Virus record (IMG/VR): IMGVR_UViG_2529292832_000020 | Length of the DNA stretch: 11,220 nt | Source of the DNA: a virus | Lineage: Duplodnaviria; Heunggongvirae; Uroviricota; Caudoviricetes | Direction: 5' to 3' (one strand) | In this document: piece after piece, positions 6,873-11,220 of the stretch | Position numbering within the stretch: the stretch's first letter is position 1 | Layout of the letters: each line of letters opens with the position of its first letter | Translations under genes and position numbers: made by a program | Notes under the pieces: model-generated | What the model saw: the letters and a program-made list of their open reading frames with translations, nothing else | Told to the model about the DNA's origin: nothing | Database searches by the model: none

Positions 6873-7547
6873 TTAGGCTTTGATTTTGTATCTTCTTGGT
6901 TTTCCTGAGAAAATCACTGTACCAATTATAGAGCAATTACCGTTGATCTTAATGTAAGGCTCAGGCCAGTTTGGGTTTAACGCTTTGAGATAACGCTGTG
7001 TCCCATCTTCTATCAACCTTTTGAAGGTGGTTTCACCTGTATCGTGCATCAATGCAATAACGTCGTCACCGTGGCAGGCAGGTACTTCAGGATCGACAAA
7101 AATCATGTCTCCCGGGCGGTACTCATCAATCATTGAATCACCTATCACCCGCAAGATATAAGTCATTTCCCCACAGGGTACAGGGCAGGGATACGTTTCT
7201 GCTGTGCTCAAATCAACCTCAGAATATCCAACTTCTTTCCATGCTCCGGCCTGTACCCATGATATGACAGGGACTAATGTGATTTGTTTATTAGTGATTG
7301 AAACATCAGGTTTTTTTGTGATGTTCGTTGTCTGGTGTTCTTGATCGAGCCATCCGACAGGCAGGTCGAAACATTTTTCGATGTGTCGTGCCATGCTGTC
7401 ACCGATATTTTTAGTAGCACCATCTCCCATAAACCTGCTGGTCTGGGTTGGCTCGCGATCAATCATAGTGGCAAAGGAAGAATTCCCGCCAACACCATCT
7501 CTCAGTTTTCTGGCGTTAGACCGCCGGATGTCATGGATTGTTTTCAT
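6873..7547 (-). CDS. CI/C2-type prophage repressor (N-terminal DNA-binding domain plus C-terminal S24 LexA-like peptidase domain)
   Basis: 224-aa ORF, ATG at 7545-7547 with no Shine-Dalgarno (consistent with a leaderless transcript, as for lambda cI from PRM). S24 motifs are visible (ILRVIGDSM with catalytic Ser; Lys in ...TFKRLIEDG...). The C-terminal ...LNPNWPEPYIKINGNCSIIG resembles P22 C2 as I recall it. Confidence 0.88.
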   Translation of the reverse strand: MKTIHDIRRSNARKLRDGVGGNSSFATMIDREPTQTSRFMGDGATKNIGDSMARHIEKCFDLPVGWLDQEHQTTNITKKPDVSITNKQITLVPVISWVQAGAWKEVGYSEVDLSTAETYPCPVPCGEMTYILRVIGDSMIDEYRPGDMIFVDPEVPACHGDDVIALMHDTGETTFKRLIEDGTQRYLKALNPNWPEPYIKINGNCSIIGTVIFSGKPRRYKIKA

Positions 7548-7563
7548 AACGAAATTAAAACCC

Positions 7564-7582
7564 TTGTACCGTTAAGGTACAA
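7564..7582. promoter_or_regulatory. operator-like palindrome TTGTAC-N7-GTACAA (upstream OR site)
   Basis: Perfect 6-bp inverted half-sites with a 7-bp spacer in the repressor/cro intergenic region, just upstream of the PR -35. Confidence 0.5.
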
Positions 7583-7587
7583 GTATC

Positions 7588-7615
7588 TTGAAGGTTCATT
7601 TCAATCATGTAATAT
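7588..7615 (+). promoter_or_regulatory. PR-like promoter for the cro-like operon
   Basis: -35 TTGAAG (7588-7593), 16-nt spacer, -10 TAATAT (7610-7615); cro-like ATG at 7638 with GGAGGT ribosome-binding site. Confidence 0.5.
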
Positions 7616-7632
7616 GTACACCGGAGGTACAT
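7614..7632. promoter_or_regulatory. operator-like palindrome ATGTAC-N7-GTACAT (PR-proximal OR site)
   Basis: Perfect inverted half-sites (the full inverted repeat is AATATGTAC...GTACATATT, 7611-7635), overlapping the PR -10/start region and the cro ribosome-binding site. Confidence 0.5.
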
Positions 7633-7637
7633 ATTGT

Positions 7638-7838
7638 ATGAAAGCGTATTGGGACTCTTTAACCAAAGAACAGCAGGGCGAGTTAGCCGGAAAAGTTGGC
7701 TCAACACCTGGCTACTTACGGCTGGTTTTCAATGGCTATAAAAAAGCCAGTTTTGTGCTGGCTAAAAAACTTGAGCAATGCACGTCAGGTGCAATTACGA
7801 AATCTGACTTAAGACCGGATATCTATCCGAAAGATTAG
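7638..7838 (+). CDS. Cro-like helix-turn-helix regulator (66 aa)
   Basis: ATG at 7638 preceded by GGAGGT; the track's longer in-frame ORF is an antisense read-through of the repressor gene. Small basic protein divergent from the repressor, in the canonical cro position. Confidence 0.72.
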   Translation: MKAYWDSLTKEQQGELAGKVGSTPGYLRLVFNGYKKASFVLAKKLEQCTSGAITKSDLRPDIYPKD

Positions 7839-7869
7839 CAGAACACTTTCAATTTTTAACCACAGAACG

Positions 7870-8439
7870 ATGAGGCTAATCGTGGGTAAGCATCACTGGA
7901 AAATAGAAAAACAGCCTGAGTGGTACGTGAAAGCTGTCAGAAAAACTATCGCGGCGTTGCCGGGTGGTTACGCTGAAGCGGCTGACTGGCTCGATGTAAC
8001 AGAAAACGCTTTATTCAACCGCCTTCGTGCAGATGGCGATCAGATTTTCCCGCTGGGATGGGCAATGGTTTTACAGCGTGCTGGTGGCACTCACTTCATT
8101 GCTGATGCTGTGGCGCAGTCTGCAAATGGCGTCTTTGTGTCTCTTCCTGACGTCGAGGATGTGGACAACGCCGATATTAACCAGCGTCTGCTGGAAGTCA
8201 TTGAACAGATCGGCAGTTATTCAAAACAGATTCGTTCAGCAATCGAAGACGGTGTAGTGGAACCGCATGAGAAGACAGCAATTAACGACGAGCTGTATCT
8301 CTCAATTTCGAAGCTGCAGGAGCATGCAGCACTTGTCTACAAAATTTTTTGCATTTCAGAAAGTAATGACGCCCGCGAGTGTGCAGCTCCGGGCGTCGTG
8401 GCGTCGATTGCTTCTGGTTGTGGAGAAACTAACGCATGA
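7870..8439 (+). CDS. phage-186-CII-like regulatory protein (189 aa)
   Basis: Follows cro. The central segment [51 protein letters not shown] aligns in pattern with my recollection of phage 186 CII. The start could instead be GTG at 7882, which has GAGG 6 nt upstream. Confidence 0.6.
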   Translation: MRLIVGKHHWKIEKQPEWYVKAVRKTIAALPGGYAEAADWLDVTENALFNRLRADGDQIFPLGWAMVLQRAGGTHFIADAVAQSANGVFVSLPDVEDVDNADINQRLLEVIEQIGSYSKQIRSAIEDGVVEPHEKTAINDELYLSISKLQEHAALVYKIFCISESNDARECAAPGVVASIASGCGETNA

Positions 8440-8774
8440 ACAGTTTAACAACACACTACCGTCGCTCGCAACTGATTGCGCTTCCTGTACCGGGTGGAAA
8501 AGCGAAGGTGGAATATTGCTATGCAGTGAATGTACCAGGTGACAGGGAAATTGTAACCCACAGCTTTGCAGAGTGGGCTGTGGGTGATTTCAACCGGCAG
8601 AAGGAGACAGTCCTTTGCGACAAGTTAACCGCTGGTTCAAAGATCACTACGGAGTGCCCGTCAGAGTCATTCGTTGGGAGCCGGAAACACAACGGGTTAT
8701 CTACCTCCGCGAAGGTTATGAGCATGAATGCTTCAGTCCGCTCGAACAGTTTCGTCGTAAATTCAGGGAAATAG
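8436..8774 (+). CDS. hypothetical protein, possibly frameshifted (only the N-terminal ~60 aa look protein-like)
   Basis: ATG at 8436 overlaps the CII-like stop (ATGA) with GGAG upstream. From about 8610 onward the frame gives a Ser-rich low-complexity tail, while another frame (8615..8794) looks like real protein. Confidence 0.3.
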   Translation: MNSLTTHYRRSQLIALPVPGGKAKVEYCYAVNVPGDREIVTHSFAEWAVGDFNRQKETVLCDKLTAGSKITTECPSESFVGSRKHNGLSTSAKVMSMNASVRSNSFVVNSGK

Positions 8775-8794
8775 AGGTCGGTCATGAGCACTAA
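8615..8794 (+). CDS. hypothetical small protein from a TTG start (59 aa), or the C-terminal part of a frameshifted gene
   Basis: Open frame with AAGGAG 8 nt upstream of TTG at 8615; translation [59 protein letters not shown] has balanced composition. Overlaps the O-like start by 11 nt. Below the track's length threshold. Confidence 0.3.
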   Translation: MRQVNRWFKDHYGVPVRVIRWEPETQRVIYLREGYEHECFSPLEQFRRKFREIEVGHEH

Positions 8795-9740
8795 ATTAAC
8801 CGGCTATGTATGGGATGGTTGCGCTGCATCAGGCATGAAGTTATCCAGCGTGGCAATTATGGCCCGCCTGGCTGATTTCAGTAATGACGAAGGTGTGTGC
8901 TGGCCATCAATTGAAACCATTGCCCGTCAGATTGGAGCGGGGATGAGTACCGTCAGAACGGCTATCGCACGGCTGGAAGCAGAAGGCTGGTTAACGCGTA
9001 AGGCGCGTCGCCAGGGTAACCGCAATGCGTCGAATGTTTATCAGCTTAACGTTGCGAAGCTTCAGGCAGCGGCATTTTCTCAACTGTCAGATTCTGACCC
9101 GTCAAAATCTGACGCATCAAAATCTGACGCATCAAAATCTGACCCGTCAAAATTTGATGCGTCGAAATCTGGCAAAAAAGCGGGTTTTCACCCGTCAGAA
9201 TCTGGCGGGGATCCGTCAGTAAAATCAAAACATGATCCGTCAGATAAAAAACCTTCTCGTCCGGACGCTTCGCAACCGGACACGCAGACGGCTGAACAGG
9301 ATTTTTTAACTCGCCATCCTGATGCGGTTGTATTCAGCCCTAAAAAGTGCCAGTGGGGGACGCAGGATGATTTGACCTGCGCACAGTGGCTCTGGAAAAA
9401 AATCATCGCCCTGTACGAGCAGGCTGCCGAATGTGACGGCGAGGTGGTTCGTCCCAAAGAACCGAACTGGACAGCCTGGGCAAACGAAATTCGCCTGATG
9501 TGTGTACAGGATGGGCGTACTCACAAACAAATCTGCGAGATGTACAGCCGCGTCAGCCGCGATCCGTTCTGGTGCCGTAACGTGCTCAGCCCGTCGAAGT
9601 TGCGGGAAAAATGGGATGAGCTTTCCCTGCGCTTATCGCCGTCCGTCAGCACGTACACCGAAAAACGCGAAGACCCGTACTTCAAAGCCAGTTACGACAA
9701 CGTGGACTACAGCCAGATCCCGGCAGGATTCAGGGGGTGA
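8784..9740 (+). CDS. phage replication initiation protein (O-like; N-terminal helix-turn-helix domain, repeat-encoded linker, C-terminal domain)
   Basis: 318-aa ORF, ATG at 8784 with GAGG upstream. N-terminal ...SVAIMARLADFSNDEGVCWPSIETIARQIGAGMSTVRTAIARLEAEGWLT is a winged-helix replication-initiator domain; the central DPSKSDASKSDASKSDPSKFDASKS repeat is encoded by tandem DNA iterons, as in lambda O. Confidence 0.8.
   Translation: MSTKLTGYVWDGCAASGMKLSSVAIMARLADFSNDEGVCWPSIETIARQIGAGMSTVRTAIARLEAEGWLTRKARRQGNRNASNVYQLNVAKLQAAAFSQLSDSDPSKSDASKSDASKSDPSKFDASKSGKKAGFHPSESGGDPSVKSKHDPSDKKPSRPDASQPDTQTAEQDFLTRHPDAVVFSPKKCQWGTQDDLTCAQWLWKKIIALYEQAAECDGEVVRPKEPNWTAWANEIRLMCVQDGRTHKQICEMYSRVSRDPFWCRNVLSPSKLREKWDELSLRLSPSVSTYTEKREDPYFKASYDNVDYSQIPAGFRG
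9084..9255 (+). repeat. iteron array, probable replication origin embedded in the initiator gene
   Basis: Six tandem 15-bp units (consensus TCAAAATCTGACGCA) from 9088 to 9177, then a short A-rich stretch GGCAAAAAAG and further CCGTCAG-containing repeats (9191-9245). Confidence 0.6.
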
Positions 9741-9742
9741 TC

Positions 9743-10231
9743 ATGAGTCTTTTGAATGACGTTCAGAAATTCATTGAAGCCCATCCGGGCTGTACTTCCG
9801 GAGACATTGCGGATGCTTTTGCAGGTTACTCACGGCAGCGCGTACTGCAGTCAGCAAGCAAGTTACGTCAGAGTGGGCGTGTGGCTCACCGTTGTGAAGG
9901 AGATACACGCAGACATTTCCCACGCCTGACTGAGAGAGCGCAGGAGCCGGAACCACAACCAGTTCGTGAAACCAGACCTGTGCGCAATTTCTATGTCGGC
10001 ACTAACGATCCCCGGGTGATTTTGTGCCTGACCCGCCAGGCGGAAGAACTGGAGTCCAGGGGCTTATACCGTCGTGCTGCAACGGTGTGGATGGCGGCAT
10101 TCCGTGAAAGCCACTCCCAGCCAGAACGAAACAATTTTCTGGCGCGTCGTGAGCGGTGCTTACGGAAAAGCAGCAAGCGCGCTGCATCGGGTGAAGAGTG
10201 GTATCTGTCAGGGAATTACGTGGGGGCTTAA
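9743..10231 (+). CDS. ANR-family / PerC-like transcriptional regulator domain protein
   Basis: Start placed at ATG 9743 (track starts at GTG 9737) with GGGGG upstream, 2 nt after the O-like stop. The C-terminal LYRRAATVWMAAFRES...ERNNFLARRERC matches the ANR/PerC signature as I recall it. Confidence 0.5.
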   Translation: MSLLNDVQKFIEAHPGCTSGDIADAFAGYSRQRVLQSASKLRQSGRVAHRCEGDTRRHFPRLTERAQEPEPQPVRETRPVRNFYVGTNDPRVILCLTRQAEELESRGLYRRAATVWMAAFRESHSQPERNNFLARRERCLRKSSKRAASGEEWYLSGNYVGA

Positions 10232-10884
10232 TGAGTAATAAATATTGCCAGGCGCTGGTGGAGCTGCGGAACAAACCAGCCCATGAACTGAAGGAAGTGG
10301 GCGATCAGTGGCGCACGCCGGATAACATTTTCTGGGGAATTAACACCCTGTTTGGCCCGTTTGTTCTGGATCTGTTCACTGATGGTGATAACGCCAAATG
10401 TGCCGCTTATTACACTGCGGAAGACAACGCGCTGGCGCATGACTGGTCTGAACGTCTTGCGGAGCTTAAAGGTGCTGCCTTTGGTAATCCCCCGTACAGC
10501 CGCGCCAGTCAGCATGAAGGGCAATACATCACCGGCATGCGTTACATCATGAAGCATGCTAGTGCCATGCGTGATAAGGGCGGACGCTATGTTTTCCTGA
10601 TCAAAGCTGCCACCAGCGAAGTGTGGTGGCCGGAAGATGCAGATCATATTGCTTTTATTCGCGGGCGTATTGGTTTTGAACTGCCTGCCTGGTTTATCCC
10701 GAAGGACGAGAAGCAGGTGCCGACAGGCGCTTTCTTCGCTGGTGCTATTGCTGTTTTCGACAAGACCTGGAAGGGACCGGCAATCAGCTACATCGGGCGC
10801 GATGAACTTGAGGCATGTGGTGAGGCGTTTCTGGCGCAGGTTCGCCAGCAGGCAGAAAAACTGGTCAGGGAGATGGCGGCATGA
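10231..10884 (+). CDS. phage Dam-like DNA N6-adenine methyltransferase (orphan, 217 aa)
   Basis: ATG at 10231 overlapping the upstream stop (TAATG); the track starts at an upstream GTG. Catalytic NPPY motif present (AFGNPPYS); no restriction partner in the window. Confidence 0.82.
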   Translation: MSNKYCQALVELRNKPAHELKEVGDQWRTPDNIFWGINTLFGPFVLDLFTDGDNAKCAAYYTAEDNALAHDWSERLAELKGAAFGNPPYSRASQHEGQYITGMRYIMKHASAMRDKGGRYVFLIKAATSEVWWPEDADHIAFIRGRIGFELPAWFIPKDEKQVPTGAFFAGAIAVFDKTWKGPAISYIGRDELEACGEAFLAQVRQQAEKLVREMAA

Positions 10885-10944
10885 CGACGTTAACTCAATG
10901 CCAGCAGCAGGTGCTGGATATGCTGATTTCTTATCAGAAAGAAC
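10881..10944 (+). pseudogene. 5' remnant (about 21 codons) of a phage gene interrupted by IS66-family insertion
   Basis: ATG at 10881 in ATGA overlap with the dam stop; MTTLTQCQQQVLDMLISYQKE... then the reading frame runs into the IS terminal sequence starting at 10945. Confidence 0.35.
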
Positions 10945-11220
10945 GTAAGCGTCAACGGAGCACCGTATTGACGCTTATTTATTGGTGAGTACTACGTTCC
11001 ATGGCAGGAGTTCGTCAACACGGTTGGAGGGCCATTCCGGCAGTACGCTCAGAATATGGCGCAGATACGCTTCCGGATCGATACCGTTCAGTCGGCAGGT
11101 GCCGATCAGCCCGTACAGCAGTGCTCCACGCTCGCCGCCGTGATCGCTACCGAAGAACACGTAATTTTTCTTTCCGAGACAGACTGCACGAAGCGCTCTT
11201 TCCGCTGTGTTATTGTCCAC
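10945..11220 (-). mobile_element. IS66-family insertion sequence, terminal about 276 bp (element continues beyond the window)
   Basis: The plus strand begins GTAAGCGTCAACGG..., i.e. the element ends ...CGCTTAC in its own orientation, which matches the IS66-family terminus as I recall it. The transposase C-terminus is encoded 31 bp inside on the minus strand. Confidence 0.7.
10975..11220 (-). CDS. IS66-family transposase (TnpC), C-terminal fragment; 5' part lies outside the window
   Basis: Translation ...DNNTAERALRAVCLGKKNYVFFGSDHGGERGALLYGLIGTCRLNGIDPEAYLRHILSVLPEWPSNRVDELLPWNVVLTNK matches the conserved C-terminus of IS66 transposases; the frame is open to the window edge. Confidence 0.85.
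   Translation of the reverse strand: MDNNTAERALRAVCLGKKNYVFFGSDHGGERGALLYGLIGTCRLNGIDPEAYLRHILSVLPEWPSNRVDELLPWNVVLTNK

Noticed and set aside
6745-6936. 63-aa minus-strand ORF overlapping the repressor 3' end
   Set aside because: It overlaps the repressor gene in another frame and spans the terminator and promoter signals; no independent support.
7335-7637. Upstream extension of the cro-like ORF (167-aa track ORF) and the 62- and 64-aa ORFs nested in the repressor gene
   Set aside because: The extension is an in-frame antisense read-through of the repressor gene; the true start is the ATG at 7638 with GGAGGT. The nested ORFs have no start context.
9025-9228. Possible CRISPR array, and 65/60-aa ORFs with repeated LTRQNL/QILT units
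   Set aside because: The repeats are 15-bp direct repeats with no unique spacers, lying in frame within the replication initiator gene (iterons). The small ORFs are alternative-frame artefacts of the same repeats.
10637-10948. 103-aa plus-strand ORF overlapping the dam 3' end
   Set aside because: Alternative frame of the methyltransferase gene, Arg/Ser/Leu-rich, no ribosome-binding site; its tail runs into the IS terminus.

Overview
This window reads as an E. coli/Shigella-type chromosome: a complete proA, then tRNA-Thr (thrW), then the left arm of a lambdoid/P22-like prophage integrated at thrW. All protein-family calls are from reading the translations and recalling families; no searches were run. 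On the minus strand the prophage carries int, xis and an early-left block resembling yfdT/S/R/Q/P of the K-12 KplE1 (CPS-53) prophage. The immunity region has a CI-type S24 repressor with a terminator and a leftward PL-like promoter behind it, 19-bp TGTAC-N7-GTACA operator palindromes, a Cro-like gene and a phage-186-CII-like gene. Downstream are an O-like replication initiator with in-frame iterons, an ANR/PerC-like regulator and a Dam-like methyltransferase; the next phage gene is cut by the end of an IS66-family element that runs off the window. The most interesting locus is an AT-rich insert at about 5830-6725, between the early-left operon and the repressor and opposite in orientation to both. 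It has its own -10 and terminator and encodes a 159-aa two-transmembrane protein flanked by three paralogous proline-rich micro-ORFs (27, 38 and 29 aa) that differ mostly by synonymous codon changes. I could not assign it to any family I know; it is a candidate lysogen-expressed exclusion or defence module.
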